The notes under the pieces were generated by a model, which was given only the letters and a program-made list of their open reading frames with translations, ran no database searches and had not been told where the DNA came from. Shown here one piece after another: positions 1 to 14,456 of a stretch of DNA of 64,000 bases; position 1 is the first letter of the stretch, and every line of letters starts with the position of its first letter. This stretch comes from Octopus vulgaris (taxonomy: Eukaryota), in contig OX597821.1 of NCBI GenBank assembly GCA_951406725.2, positions 5,084,001-5,148,000 of the forward strand. Reading direction: 5' to 3'. The translations under genes were made by a program, and so were the position numbers.

Positions 1-237
1 GTTCAACATCCTTAAACAATCTTTATTCAGGGAAATTTTGAGTGGGATGGGCTACTCGACCAGAAGAAAATTTTAACTGGGCCCCACCTGCAAGGTGATG
101 CGCTGTTAATCTTGATGTGAGATCACTATGTCGTGCACATATGGTTGTGTGCATGTGCATGTGCCTGGTGTACCCTTCTCAGACGGGCAGTCATGATGAG
201 TATACTTGGCTTCGAATATTTTACCCCAGAGTCACTC

Positions 238-240
<3 letters not shown>
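1..240 (+). mobile_element. 3' UTR-like fragment of an (AAT)n-associated retroelement; second copy at ~578-697
   Basis: 142-236 matches 579-667 (GGTTGTG..GCATGTGCCT(G/A)GTGTACCCTT..CAGA(C/T)GGG..TTTTACCCCAG). Both copies run directly into (AAT)n. Confidence 0.55.
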
Positions 241-297
<57 letters not shown>

Positions 298-556
298 CTG
301 AAAACAGAAACAATTCCTATCATAGTAGGTGCATTAGGCATGATAAAAAATATTCAGACAAATACATAACAAAAACACCAGGACTTACAAACACATATAA
401 CAAATTGCACTACTGGGCACTGTACACATCCTACGCAGAACACTTTCCATACAATAACCATCAGAGCATCACAACAAATCACAGCACATACCCAAGGCAC
501 ACAGAGCTGCGCTCGGTAGTGAAGTGAAAGCACGCTATAAAAATAAAACTACTGAA
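298..556 (+). mobile_element. 5'-truncated R4/Dong-like (RLE) non-LTR retrotransposon: C-terminus plus 3' UTR, inserted in (AAT)n
   Basis: Translates as LKTETIPIIVGALGMIK then, after frameshifts, KIALLGTVHILRRTLSIQ*, the typical RLE-LINE C-terminus. Flanked by (AAT)n on both sides. Confidence 0.75.
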
Positions 557-577
557 TAATAATAATAATAATAATAA

Positions 578-696
578 TGTGGTTGTGATGCATGTGCCTA
601 GTGTACCCTTATCAGATGGGTAGTCGTGATGAGTATACTGGACTTCGTATATTTTACCCCAGTGTCACTTTGATGGCATGCACTGCTCTCTCAATC

Positions 697-697
<1 letters not shown>
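578..697 (+). mobile_element. second copy of the (AAT)n-associated 3' UTR-like fragment
   Basis: Similar to 142-236 and embedded in (AAT)n. Confidence 0.55.
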
Positions 698-753
<56 letters not shown>

Positions 754-1298
754 GATGATAATAACAACAACAACAATAATAATGGGTGATGACGATGATG
801 ATGATGACAATGATATTAATTCCAACAACAGTAACAGGAGCAACGAGAACAATAGCAATAAGAACAAGATGAAACAGGGAAATATCCAAACAGTAACTGC
901 AGTAGATGTTAGGCTGAAAGATCTGAACGTTGGTGTTTATAGCAACAGTAATAAATGTTACCTACTCGTATCCTAGCAGCCTTCCTACTCAATAAATAGA
1001 ATATTTGACAGACATGCGCACTAACATACGTATATATGCATAATACATACATACATACATAAATACGTAAGGAGAGAGATATATATATACATACATAGAC
1101 ACTAACACACACACATATTCGTTCATTGTTCTTTTCGTTTGTTTGCTTTTTCTGCTTTTTTTTTCTATCGCAAAGAGGCAAACGGACGTATTTCCCGCAA
1201 CGAATATTGTTTTGGGATCTCGATTATATGTAGGCACTGCAGCTCAGCATGCATATATATATGTGTCTGAATGTGTGTGCATATATTAATATCTATAT

Positions 1299-1397
<99 letters not shown>

Positions 1398-1712
1398 TAT
1401 ATATAGAGATAGATATATAGATAGATAGATAAAAGACTACATATACATGTGTTTGTATGCGTGTACGTATGTCACTAACCATACATGTGTGTATATATGT
1501 ATGTATGTATGAATGTATGTACGTATGCAACTATCTATCTGTCTATGCAAAAACGTACACACGCATGTATATCTGAGAGTCTCAATGGGAGATGAAGACG
1601 GAGAATAGGGAATGGAATATGATGTATAGATAGGCTTTCATGAAGCGAAGATGAAAAATAAACAGCGAAACGGTTTCGAGGATCGGGGAGCTGGGGGTGG
1701 GTGACACATATA

Positions 1713-1757
<45 letters not shown>

Positions 1758-1794
1758 ATGTGTGTATAGATACATATATATATATATATATATA

Positions 1795-2175
1795 CTAGCA
1801 GTATCGCCCGGCGTTGCTCGAGTTTGTAAGGGAAATAACTATAAAGCATTTTTAGAGAGTTATAGCCAAAAAATAGCAAAAAATGCATTAAAAATGGAAA
1901 AACATTATGGTATTTTTTTAAAATCGTTGACATTTTTAGAGAGTTACTTCCCTTATATTAAAAAACATATGCATTAAAATGGAAAAAAAGATGATAAATT
2001 ATTTCTAAAATCGTAGACTCATCGTAGGCGCGCGCTAATACCCAGAAGGGCTTGATATGAATCACGACTATAAGATACCCGGTTTTGGTTAAACTGCACC
2101 GCAAAATGTGGGAGTAGTTAGGAATCTAAATCGTAGGAGACGGACAGCACACAACTTCAGTTTTATATATATAGA
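1795..2175 (-). mobile_element. non-autonomous Helitron
   Basis: Minus strand starts TCTATATATATAAAA at 2175 and ends with a GC-rich hairpin (CTCGAGCAACGCCGGG) followed by CTAG at 1798-1795. Inserted between A and T with no TSD. Confidence 0.8.
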
Positions 2176-2481
2176 TATAAATGTATGTGCGTGTCTGAGT
2201 AAGTGTTGGTGTATTTATACATAATGATTATGTTACGTCGTTTGAATCTTATGATGGGGATATAATTATATATCAAATGAATGTATTTCGGTTAATATAC
2301 AAATATGTTTAGTAACTCACAAAACAAGCATACTTGTTCGAACACATATATTTACGTATTTGTTTATATGTTTCTGTGCATATGCATACATATATACATA
2401 CACACATACAAGCATACATACACATACATGTGTGTGTATATATGTATGTATCTACTATTTATCTATCTAACATACATATAA

Positions 2482-2800
2482 GAGGAGATGACCACTAAGT
2501 TGACATCCATTGTGCTAGAAGTAGAACACCTACGGTCTTACCAGTGCGGACGTTACGTGCATAGTACTGCAAATGATATTTTACTATGACGATCATACTG
2601 ATGAGTTGCGGACAATTACGTAAGTGGTAGCAACGAAACCGGATTTGTGATTAATCTTTATATTTTGCATATTTTTATTTGTCTTGCTTGCTAACGTTCT
2701 GGCGTTTGCAAATTTTCTTGAGAACAATATTTCTTAGTAGTAAGACCATAGGAGGGTCTACTTCTACCATAATGGATATTCACATAGTGGTCAACCTTCT
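2482..2800 (+). mobile_element. fold-back, hammerhead-containing Penelope-related non-coding element
   Basis: Degenerate inverted arms at ~2482-2541 and ~2739-2800 enclose a hammerhead core. Confidence 0.6.
2594..2649 (+). ncRNA. type I hammerhead ribozyme motif
   Basis: CATA CTGATGA GTTGC..GCAAC GAAA CCGG AT TTGTG: canonical core with a perfect 5-bp stem II. The cleavage triplet region is degenerate. Confidence 0.65.
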
Positions 2801-2916
2801 TATTAGTATGTAATATAATTTTTCTGAATCTTCAGGTTTTTTTAAATATGCTAGACCACAAGTTTTAAGTTGATATTAATCAAATCAATATTCAATTTTT
2901 CACCCTTATTATCTTA

Positions 2917-3039
<123 letters not shown>

Positions 3040-3179
3040 AAATAGTAAAAGCTGAAAAAACTACAGAAGGCTTGTTTTAAAAGGTTAAAAAATATATATT
3101 TGAGTCAATATGTCTGAAGAAAATTATAAATTTTTTTTCTCACAATGACATAATTTAGAAGAAATGACCGGTTTCGCGT

Positions 3180-4143
3180 TTAGCTTTTCAAATTTCTTAC
3201 ATCGTTATGTTTATGTTGAGAAGAGTTATCGTTATGTTTATGTTGAGAAGAGATAAGGGAAGTTAATAAGTGATTTCTTCCGGTATAAGGGAGATAATCG
3301 CTTAAAATTTTTTGCCTTTCCTTTGGGGTGTTTAGTCTAATTTGTGTTGGTGTTCCGATAGCACATTGGTAAAATAGAAAGATTAAAAATTGTGGTAGTA
3401 GTTGCTTTGCGCATTTCTCAATGTGCTCACTAAAAGGTATCATTCTGTATTCTGGGAATGCAATCTGTTGTCGATGCAGTGTGCATCTACGTCTGAGTGA
3501 TAGTCCCGTGGATCCCACGTAGTCTTGGTGGCAGCCCGAGCATTTTATGACATAAATTATGTTTTCAGAGGCACAAGTAAAATTAGATTTGATCTTGAAT
3601 TTCTGTCCCTCTTTGAAGAGGAATTCTGATCCTTCTAGCAGGTTTGGACATGTTGCACAGTTCGGTCTACCACATTTTTTTACTTTTGCATCCGTAATTT
3701 CAGAAAACAATTTTGCCTTTGTGAGAATTTTTTTAAGTGATTTAGGTTGTTTGTAGCTTTTAATGATTTGGTGTATGTTTAGAATTTCCTTTAATTTGGG
3801 GTCCTTATGAAGTATTGGTAAATTCTGGGTGATGATGGTGAAGGCTTCTTTGTTTCTGGGGTTGTATGTGGATATGTAAGGTAGTATTTTCGGGGAAGGT
3901 GTGTTGTTGTGTTGAACTTTTCTTAAAGTTTCTATGTTGATTTCTGTTGCACGTCTGATCCCATCCTCTATGAGTTTAGCTGGGTAATGTCTGTCAATTA
4001 GGGTGTTTTTGAGTTCTTGCAGTCTAAAGTTCCTGGTATTTTGTTCCGACACTATTGTGCATATCCTTCTTGCAAGGTTGAAGGGGATGTTTGTTTTAGT
4101 GTGTCTTGGGTGGCATGAATTAAAAAGAAGGTATTGTTTGGCA
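3180..4143 (-). pseudogene. Penelope-like RT thumb + GIY-YIG endonuclease fragment
   Basis: Real part of ORF 3180..4379. The residues upstream of ~4143 are only the antisense of the inverted RT piece. Confidence 0.85.
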
Positions 4144-4533
4144 AGCCAAATTATAAATGAAACCATTAAAAAATCACCGAAGACATACATACACACACCT
4201 AACCCGGGGGACCTAAAACTACGACCCATTGTAGCTGGCCCAACCTGTGAAACACACAGACTAAGTCTATTTATGGACATCCTCCTGAAACCCTTTCTTA
4301 AATATATCGATAGCCATATCAGAGATGACTTAGATATGTTAGACCACCTTCCAAAAAAAGCCAAGGAAGAAACAATCATGGTTTCATTTGATGTAGTTAA
4401 TTTATATACCAGTATACCTCATAATTATGGACTAGAGGCAATACAGTTCTGGCTGGACCAATTTCCGCAAGAAATACCAAAAAGGATCAGTAAAGAATTC
4501 ATTACTAAATCAATTGAATTCATCCTACATAAT
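4143..4533 (+). pseudogene. Penelope-like RT N-terminal fragment (inverted)
   Basis: SQIINETIKK..DLKLRPIVAGPTCETHRLS..MVSFDVVNLYTSIPHNYGLEAI..FILHN. It stops before the catalytic YxDD motif. Confidence 0.85.
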
Positions 4534-4753
4534 GTATAAACAAACATCCCCTTCAACCTTTTTCATAAACCTAACCTTCTTTTAAGAGAGCGTAAGTTTC
4601 ATGCGAATACTACTGCTGTACTTACAGCATACACAAATAGGCACGTGAAGTGTTTTTTCTTCAAATTCAATATAATTGATCGTATTGAAATTTTTGTATT
4701 CATTGTAGTGAAGTTTTACATAATATGCATCATTACAAAATTGTAATAGTTGC

Positions 4754-4910
4754 AGGCGTAGCTGTGTGGTAAGAAGCTTTCATTTCAATCACATGGTATC
4801 GGATTCAGTCTCACTGCATGGCAACTTGGGAAAGTGTCTTCTCCTATAGACTGGGACCGACCAAAGCATTGAGAGTAGATTAGTTTGACGGAAACTGAAA
4901 GGAGACTGAC

Positions 4911-4966
<56 letters not shown>

Positions 4967-5128
4967 ATATCTATGTGTGTATGTCGTTGTGTCTGTTTGA
5001 TCGGCAAAAGACCGATAGAATAAGTACTAGGCGTACAAAAAATAAATCCTGGGGTCAATTTGCTTGACTAAAGGCGGTGCTCCATCATGGCTGCAATCAA
5101 ATAACTGAAACAAGTAAAAGATTAAAAG
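4754..5128 (+). mobile_element. tRNA-derived SINE family A (internal (TA)n)
   Basis: Head GGCGTAGCTGTGTGGTAAG..GGATTCAGTCTC (A/B-box-like), internal (TA)n, and tail GGCGGTGCTCCA..TGAAACAAGTAAAAG. Many copies in the window. Confidence 0.85.
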
Positions 5129-5515
5129 AGAGAGTGGTTAAAAATTGGCGAAGATGTTTGTGTTATTTCTCTAGTAAGGAAGGGCAAATCACTTCCATAT
5201 ACTATATTATACTATATAGTACACCTCCCTTAAACTAATTTATTCAAATTCACGCATCTGTTTTGTGTCAGTTATCTGGGTGAACTTATTTTTATCTTAT
5301 ATACATTTGTATATTAGTAATTATGCATAAGTGTCTTTATGTTTAGATGCGTGTGTGTATGTAAGTATTAATAGAATTCATGGATATTTGTTTTACATCT
5401 TCTACTAAAGAAATTACTACTCACCAACCAAGAAAGAAAAGACCATCATTAAGAAACGGAGACAATTTGCAAAGCTATGAATAGCGATTTCTATCTGTAT
5501 GTCTGCCTGCATGAC

Positions 5516-5550
<35 letters not shown>

Positions 5551-5571
5551 GTATGTGTGTATCTGTGTATG

Positions 5572-6043
<472 letters not shown>

Positions 6044-6219
6044 CAAAGGGAATGAAAAATTAAAACATCTACCATCTAAATCCTGGACCAGTGTTTTCAA
6101 ACTCTTTTTAGCAAATAAAATAATTTGCTAGCCGAAGCCTTCTTCAGCAGGTACACCTTAAATTAAATATATATACACGGGTCAATCGTGTGTAGCGTGT
6201 AATACACGCATTGACTTGA

Positions 6220-6650
6220 TAGAATTTTGAGCAGAGAATCTGCATAAAATATTATGAAAAGCGTGGTGTTACCCGTTCAGAGGCCTATGCCAAGTTTTTA
6301 CAATCGTTCACAAGAAAATCTAGATCTTGTGCAACTGAAACCCGGGATTCTTTCTCGTCAGCTGAAAACAGTTTTGGCACAAACTTGGCAAACGCGTCTC
6401 ATACCCAAATATTAAGTAATAATGGACGGAATTGAACCCTAACTAATCTGCACGTCTTCCGATATATGACGGACGTCTTCCGATATATGTCCATTGCGAT
6501 GGTTTTTCTCAGTTCTGCCGGTTGCAGGTCTCCAAGAACTTTCGTCAATATCGACATTTTTTTCTTCGCCTTCATGGAAACGTCTGAAAGACTCGTACAC
6601 TTGTGTGCGGCTCATACACTCCTCCATACACAATTTCTACAACTTTGCAA
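6220..6650. mobile_element. mariner transposase N-terminal relic with internal inversion
   Basis: Plus strand ~6228-6296 reads EQRICIKYYEKRGVTRSEAYAKF. Minus strand ~6650-6300 reads EECMSRTQVYESFRRFHEG..DIDESSWRPAT (HTH region). Confidence 0.7.
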
Positions 6651-6713
<63 letters not shown>

Positions 6714-6962
6714 TGTACATGTGTGTGTGTGTGTGTTTTGTGTGGGTATGTGCATACATTTGGATATATGGATCGATAGATAGACATTCGCAGTTTGTAT
6801 GATGAACCTTATGATAATTATAATGACGACGACGACGACGACAATCATAACGACGAAAACCGTGATGACGATGGTGGTGGTGAGGGTGGTGGTGGTGGCT
6901 GTGGTAGTGGTGTTAGTGCTGTTGCATAATGTATATATTAATATTCACAAAAACATATATAC

Positions 6963-6998
<36 letters not shown>

Positions 6999-7055
6999 GT
7001 ATATACAAAAGATTGTACAGCAGCTAACCTGGCTCCATCAGGCTCAGGCTCGCAG

Positions 7056-7973
7056 ATGGAACTGCCCACAGTTCACAAGACCGCCACAGCAGATGGACCC
7101 AGGGTGGACAACGCCGGCAACAGCATACACCTCACCTCGATGCTCCTACTGAACATCAGAGGTTTACTAACACACAGTAACAGGACAAAAGTCCCGTTCC
7201 TGAGAGACTTTGTCGCATGCAATCAAGCCTTATGCATAGCACTCACAGAAACGCATCTGAAACCGGACATAGCAGATGCGGAATTACACATACCACAGTA
7301 TGTTGTACTACGGACCGACAGGAAAGAAAGGAGTCATGGAGGAGTTGCTATGTACATCCGTGGGGACCTCACACCCGAGGTCCTTTTGTCATACTCAAAC
7401 TCGGTGTGTGACACACTAATTGTACACATAAGGCAACTTGATGTAGTTGTGTGTGCTACATATCGCCCTCCAGATGCCCCAAGTCATATGGGCAAGTTCG
7501 AGGACTGCCTTTTAAAAATAGAAGAAGTTCTAACCACATTAGAACAACACATAAGTGTACTTCTCATGGGAGACTTCAATCTACCGAATGTCAGATGGCC
7601 CGAGGGCCTTTCTCTCCCAGGAATGACAAGATGTGAACGTGGACAGGCGAGGTCCCTCCTGAACCTCACCAACACCCTGTACATGGAGCAAGTAGTACTG
7701 CAACCAACCAGAGCAGGTAACACACTGGATCTCTGCTTCACAAATAATATGGATCTCATCCATAATGTGAAAGTGACACCGACACTACTCTCGGATCACA
7801 ACATGGTAGAGCTGACCATGTACGGGCCAAAAGAGAGCACGGACATGCAGCCTACAAGAAACCCTCAGAATCTTTCCAGCTTGAACTTCAATAAGGCAAA
7901 CTGGAAACAAATTGAAAAGAGATCCTCAAACAAAACTGGCCTGAATGTCTCTCCTCGCCGGACATCGACATGA
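7056..7973 (+). CDS. LINE ORF2 N-terminal part: APE endonuclease
   Basis: NIRGL, ALTETHL, GGVAMY, YRPP, MGDFN, LDLCF and SDH motifs. Leaves the ORF2 frame near 7915. Confidence 0.9.
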   Translation: MELPTVHKTATADGPRVDNAGNSIHLTSMLLLNIRGLLTHSNRTKVPFLRDFVACNQALCIALTETHLKPDIADAELHIPQYVVLRTDRKERSHGGVAMYIRGDLTPEVLLSYSNSVCDTLIVHIRQLDVVVCATYRPPDAPSHMGKFEDCLLKIEEVLTTLEQHISVLLMGDFNLPNVRWPEGLSLPGMTRCERGQARSLLNLTNTLYMEQVVLQPTRAGNTLDLCFTNNMDLIHNVKVTPTLLSDHNMVELTMYGPKESTDMQPTRNPQNLSSLNFNKANWKQIEKRSSNKTGLNVSPRRTST

Positions 7974-10099
7974 TACTTCAACAATTCATGTCTGTAATGC
8001 AAGCCATATGCTACAAATGTGTCCCAGAGAGAAAGGCCACTGTACACAAGAACAAAATCCCCAGAGAGAGGAAAATTTTAATGAGACGGCGTACAAAAAT
8101 TTCAAATCGCCTAAACAAACAAATTGAAAGTAGTGAAAAGTCCCGCCTGAAAATAAAACTGTTGGAAATTGAAAATTGTCTGCAACTTTCCCATGAGAAG
8201 GAAAGAGCAGACAAAGAAGCCTGGGCTATAGACAACATAAAAACTAACCCCAGAGCTTTCTACAGGTATGCTAAAGAAACGGCTACAGTGCACTGTAGGA
8301 TAGGGCCACTCCTTGAAAAGGATGGCACACTCACAGGAAAACCAATGAGGGTAAGTGAAATACTGAATGAACAATTCAAGAGTGTTTTCACTCCACCCCT
8401 TGGGCATTTCCAAATCAGCAATCCAACTGACTTCTTTACCACTGCAGATATAGAATCAGAGGCGGCGACGATAAGTTACATCGAGATAAAGGAAGACGAT
8501 GTAATAAAGGCTATAGATGAAATGAAAATAGACTCAGCTACTGGCCCCGATGGATTCCCGGCAATCCTCCTAAAAGTATGTAAGAGAGTCTTAGCAAGAC
8601 CACTGCAGTCCCTCTTTCAGAGCTTCCTTGCAGCTGGCAAACTTCCAAGGGGACTGAAGGAAGGTAAAATATGCCCTATTCATAAAGGAGGTAGCAGAGC
8701 GGAGGCAAAGAACTACAGACCTATCTCTCTGACCTCACACATCAGCAAGGTCATGGAACGAATAGTCAGAAGGAAACTAATCACCTTCCTTGAAGAAAAT
8801 GACTTGCTGCCTGACACCCAACATGGTTTCCGACCAGGAAGAAGCTGCTTAACTCAGCTCCTGCAGCACTATGACTGGGTGCTGAAACAACTGCTCAACC
8901 ACTCAAATGTGGAAGTCATATATCTCGACTTCGCAAAGGCCTTCGATAAAGTCGATCACGGAATGATATGTCACAGGTTGCGTGATCTTGGCATAGTTGG
9001 AAAACTAGGAGAATGGCTTCACGACTTTCTGAAGAATAGAAGTCAGGTGGTAGTAGCCAATGGGGCCACTTCCACTAACACGCAAATAATGAGTGGTGTT
9101 CCACAGGGCACTGTTTTGGGACCACTACTGTTCATAATGGCCCTCTCAGACATGCCCTCAGCCACGCAGAGATCCACGATCACAAGTTATGCAGATGATA
9201 CAAAAGTTTCACAGGCAATACAGAACCCTGAGGACACTAAAAACCTGCAATGTGAGCTGGACGAAATATACAAGTGGGCTGAAAAGAATAGCATGCAGTT
9301 CAATGCTGGAAAGTTTCAAGCTTTATACTATCAGCATGCAAAACTGAATGCAATACCCAATGAATACACTGGACCCGGAGGGATTGCAATCCCAGAGGCA
9401 CAATCAGTGCGTGACCTGGGTATTCACATGAGTGATGACGCGACCTTTCATGTACATGTTGCTAAACTGACAGTGAAATGTAGACGGCTGGCTGGCTGGA
9501 TTCTTAGAACCTTTAGAACAAGAGAACAAGAAACCATGATGGTCCTCTGGAAGACACTTGTCCTAAGCCACTTTGACTATTGCTCTCAGCTATGGTCACC
9601 ATCCAGTGTCAAGTTGATCACAGAACTTGAGGCGATCCAACGAAGCTACACAAAGAAGATAGCCTCTATGCAGAATGTAAGCTACTGGGAAAGACTCAAG
9701 AGATTAAAATTATACTCCCTGGAGCGTAGGCGGGAAAGATATGCCATAATATACATCTGGAAGATCCTGGAGGGAAGTGTCCTGAACTTTGGCATCGAGA
9801 GTTACACAAATGCCAGAACTGGGCGCCACTGCGTGGTGCCTAGGACTCCAAACCTGCCATCAAGATGTAGGACAAGATTCTGTGATAGCCTGGGCTTCCG
9901 AGGCCCACAGCTCTTCAATATCCTCCCGAAGAACCTGAGAGACCTGCATGGGGTGGATACAGATGTCTTTAAAATGAAGCTGGATCTCTTCCTGTCTGGT
10001 GTCCCAGATGAACCAACTTCACGGCAGGAGGGGCAGATGAGGGCAGCTGCATCGAACTCTCTCATGCACCAAATAGCAGTTGCTAGAAAGCCCCCATGA
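7970..10099 (+). CDS. LINE ORF2 reverse transcriptase part
   Basis: [40 protein letters not shown] and YADD motifs. No internal stops over 709 aa. Confidence 0.95.
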   Translation: MILQQFMSVMQAICYKCVPERKATVHKNKIPRERKILMRRRTKISNRLNKQIESSEKSRLKIKLLEIENCLQLSHEKERADKEAWAIDNIKTNPRAFYRYAKETATVHCRIGPLLEKDGTLTGKPMRVSEILNEQFKSVFTPPLGHFQISNPTDFFTTADIESEAATISYIEIKEDDVIKAIDEMKIDSATGPDGFPAILLKVCKRVLARPLQSLFQSFLAAGKLPRGLKEGKICPIHKGGSRAEAKNYRPISLTSHISKVMERIVRRKLITFLEENDLLPDTQHGFRPGRSCLTQLLQHYDWVLKQLLNHSNVEVIYLDFAKAFDKVDHGMICHRLRDLGIVGKLGEWLHDFLKNRSQVVVANGATSTNTQIMSGVPQGTVLGPLLFIMALSDMPSATQRSTITSYADDTKVSQAIQNPEDTKNLQCELDEIYKWAEKNSMQFNAGKFQALYYQHAKLNAIPNEYTGPGGIAIPEAQSVRDLGIHMSDDATFHVHVAKLTVKCRRLAGWILRTFRTREQETMMVLWKTLVLSHFDYCSQLWSPSSVKLITELEAIQRSYTKKIASMQNVSYWERLKRLKLYSLERRRERYAIIYIWKILEGSVLNFGIESYTNARTGRHCVVPRTPNLPSRCRTRFCDSLGFRGPQLFNILPKNLRDLHGVDTDVFKMKLDLFLSGVPDEPTSRQEGQMRAAASNSLMHQIAVARKPP

Positions 10100-10217
10100 A
10101 GTAAAACCAAGTAGCAACACCAAATGGCGGTGCCCCAGCATGGCCACAGCTCATAGGCTGGAACTGGAATCAATCAATCAATCAATCATACGTACACGTA
10201 CACACTCGCATACAGAC

Positions 10218-10268
<51 letters not shown>

Positions 10269-10302
10269 ACATATAAATATATATACACATATATATATAT
10301 AC

Positions 10303-10349
<47 letters not shown>

Positions 10350-10391
10350 TATACATATATAATATATATGTGTATATATACATATATAATA

Positions 10392-10453
<62 letters not shown>

Positions 10454-10819
10454 GTACATGTCTGTCTGTGCAGTGCACTTTTTTGTCGAAGGAAAGCGAT
10501 TGGAGCCGTTAGCTGTCGAAATCATTCTTACAAGCCGAAGCGTCTCGTGGGAAATGAACCTGTGCTAAGCGGAAACAAAACCAGTTTGCGACTCGGCTTA
10601 CCGGAAATTCATCTCTAGTTTTATGAGCCACGACGAAGAACCTATAGCAATATGCTGAGAAAAACACAGCTATCTGCCGAAAAGTGAAAGTCGAATAAAT
10701 AATGCATAATGATCTGCATTTGGATTCATGGTTTCTGTCTGAATTAATACTGGTCTACGTATTTGCGGAGACTCACATTATACACACTCCCACCCACACA
10801 CAGACACAAACACAAGCAC

Positions 10820-10883
<64 letters not shown>

Positions 10884-10885
10884 TA

Positions 10886-10929
<44 letters not shown>

Positions 10930-11039
10930 GTTTATATTTATATATATCTATGTACGCGTATATGTCAGTATGTATATACATATATATATATATATGGATA
11001 TATATTTATATATATATATATGTATGCATGTGTGTATAT

Positions 11040-11256
11040 ATGTTTGTGTGTCTGTGATTGTCCCACCCAACATCGCTTGACAACTGACCCTGCTGTGTTT
11101 ATGTTCCCGTAACCTAGCGGTTCAGCAAAAGAGCCGGATATAATAAGTACTAGGCTTCAAAGAATAAGTCCTGGGGTCGATTTGCTCGACTAAAGGCGGT
11201 GCCCCCTCCAGCATGGCCACAGTCAAATGACTGAAACACGTAAGATAGTAAAAGAG
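11040..11256 (+). mobile_element. SINE family A, 3' half
   Basis: CATCGCTTGACAAC..CCTGGGGTCGATTTGCTCGACTAAAGGCGGTG..TGACTGAAAC. Confidence 0.8.
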
Positions 11257-11460
11257 TATATATATATATATATATATATATACACTCACACACGCATATA
11301 CATATATGGATACTGTCTTGCCTCGACTATCGCGGCTGTAACATTCCAAATACCTTTGCGATCAGTGAAAATCCGCGGAGTAGAAACAGTCCTGTACTAC
11401 GTTTTTCCTTGTATTATTCTTATAATTTGCATATATTTATTTTGTTATAAATGCAAAGCA

Positions 11461-11546
<86 letters not shown>

Positions 11547-11548
<2 letters not shown>

Positions 11549-11672
11549 GTTCGAAAAATAAAGGAAACATAAAGACGATATGAAAGACCAACAAACAGGG
11601 TCTATTTGATTGACGCTCATGAACAATTGGTGAAGTCTTTAACGTTTCGAGCCGACGCTCTCCTACAGGAAG
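11547..11672 (-). mobile_element. hammerhead-tailed Penelope-related terminus at (TA)n
   Basis: Minus strand reads GAGCGTCGGCTC GAAA CGTT then ~95 nt to (TA)n. Related to 31714-31832. Confidence 0.55.
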
Positions 11673-12927
11673 GATAAATGAATGGAGAAAACAGATGGTG
11701 AGAAAAAGAAAAGTGTGACTTACCCGTCACCCCATACTAAAATGACCGGAAGATGAAGGAGCTGGTTTGAGGCGTGGGTAGATAGGACGTCTAACAGCAT
11801 CCTGGCAGCTGTATGGGTAGTTGTGTGTGCTTGCTTGGATGAAGCTATTGAGTGCGTATGTTCGAGGGTTTGCTAAAACGCGTGTAATATTTAGGCAATG
11901 TGTGTGTGTATAATATACGTGTTTGTGCGTGTGTTTGGGTGTGTGTAAGTGTAAGTGTATGTGTGTATGGTCATGAGTATGTGTGTGAGAGGCTACCTAA
12001 CATATGTGTCAGTATATGAGGCTATGAGACGTCTCTGTACATGTGTGCGTGTCTGCAAGCACGTGTGTGTGTGATGTTATTATATGCAAGTGTATTGTGT
12101 GTACGTGCGTGTGTGTGTTCGTGTTTTCACTTTGTGTGTGTGTATGTGTGTGTAAAAGGCTATCAGAGTGTGTGAGGGCATCCAAGTGTATGTGTGTGCA
12201 TATACGTGGGCGTGACGGAATTATGTACGTGTACGAGAAGCTTCCACACACTTTTTCCGTATACCAAATTCATTCACAATGTATTTGTGCACGCGGGGCT
12301 ACAGTACAAGATAAAGTTTCCAAGCAATAGAACTGGAACTGTTACCAGCGTACCCAGGTTCCTGCCACAATCAATATTACAGATCTGCTACTTCTACAAC
12401 CATGATGAATTACATATATAACCAACATCACTTATGATTGATACACGAGGAAATAACTGTAATTTTAACCTATCAAGATAAACTAGGGTAATATGCTATT
12501 AGAATTCTATTAAATAACCGATACATTATATGTCGGCACATGAAGTTATATACCTTCACATAACGTCATGAAACGATTTAAACTATATATTTTGAGCGAT
12601 ACGTAGTTTATTTGGAAGTGATTTTTTTTTATTATTTTTGGTGAGCTGGTGGCTAAATGGATAAAAATTTCGAATATATGATCAATTGTAGAAATGGGAA
12701 ATACACACATATGCACACACACACACAAACACACACACACACACACACTCGCCTCCACGCAAGCAAACAGGTACGGACACTCACAAGCGGTTACACACGC
12801 ACGTACACACGATTTCGCACACGCAACACACACACAAACGCACATATCAGTTTATATATATATTCACAAACACAAGCACGAAGATAAATAAATAGAAAGA
12901 GAGACATATAGGTGGATATATATATAT

Positions 12928-13048
<121 letters not shown>

Positions 13049-13933
13049 TATATACCGGTATACATATATATATATACCGGTATACATGTGCATATATATA
13101 TATATATACACATACATATATAGACACACACACACGTTAACCTACACCTGAATGAACTCTCTTTAATCCTTAATAGTACACACAAGGTATTTTTGACACT
13201 TATTCGTTGCCAAATTTATTATTACTTTTTATGTCTTTCGTTCATTTACATTAGACATATTTTACAATGTTCATTATAATTTCTATTTTCACATGATATA
13301 TGTGAAATACACAAAACATACACATTAACAGCATAAACATATATATATGTATATAAATACATATATACATAATGCAGATATATATATGTATATGTATATA
13401 TATATATGAAAACATATATATACACACACATATATTATGAGGTTAACGAATATGTGTTATTGTGATGTGTCATATACGTTGTATGTTGTTGCACTTATAT
13501 GTGATATGTAAGACACATATATAACATAGAGGTGAAAGCTAGGCCTCTGGTGACGAATATTTATGCTGATGACTGATGATTGATTTTCGTCTTTTCATAG
13601 ATGATGATGTTGTGATTGGTGGAAATCAATATATATATTCAAATGTGTAAATTCGATAGCATGTTGGCATTTTGGCCTGTAATCATATCCTGGAATTGCT
13701 ACATACTTTGATAATGCTTTTGATGCATACAGAATGTGATGACAGTGACGACTTGCCGAAAACATCGCTAATAGCCGGCTATACATACACACATACATAC
13801 GCACACATTTACACTCACACATACACACACATAGAAATGGGGACATACAGACATACACTTATATATACACACACCTAAACACATGTAGATTATTATCCGT
13901 ATAGATTGTGTAGACACATACAGACACACACAG

Positions 13934-13968
<35 letters not shown>

Positions 13969-14137
13969 TATATGTATGTATATATATATATATGTATATA
14001 TATACATATATATATATATATACATATGTATATATGCATATATGTATATATATATATATATAGATATATATATATATAGATATAGATATAGAAGTAGATA
14101 TAGCTCTCTCTCTATATATATATGTATATATATATAC

Positions 14138-14170
<33 letters not shown>

Positions 14171-14190
14171 TATGTATATATGTATGTATG

Positions 14191-14237
<47 letters not shown>

Positions 14238-14425
14238 AGATAGATAGATATAGATATAGAAGTAGATATAGATCTATATATATATATGTATATATATACA
14301 TATATATGTGTATATAAATATACATATATATATATATACATATATATGTATATATATACATATATATGTATATATATACATATATATATATACATATATA
14401 TATATATACACGCATATATATACAC

Positions 14426-14456
<31 letters not shown>

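Larger units (their letters stand above)
7010..10187 (+). mobile_element. LINE (CR1/L2 group), ORF2 region plus 3' UTR with (AATC)n tail
   Basis: APE endonuclease + RT and a short 3' UTR. 5'-truncated with no ORF1 seen. Sits between TA-rich repeats. Confidence 0.95.

Noticed and set aside
13601-13682. Possible plus-strand terminal exon (TTTTCATAG|..DDVVIGGNQYIFKCVNSIACWHFGL*)
   Set aside because: Short, with no recognisable homology and no partner exons, so it could be chance.
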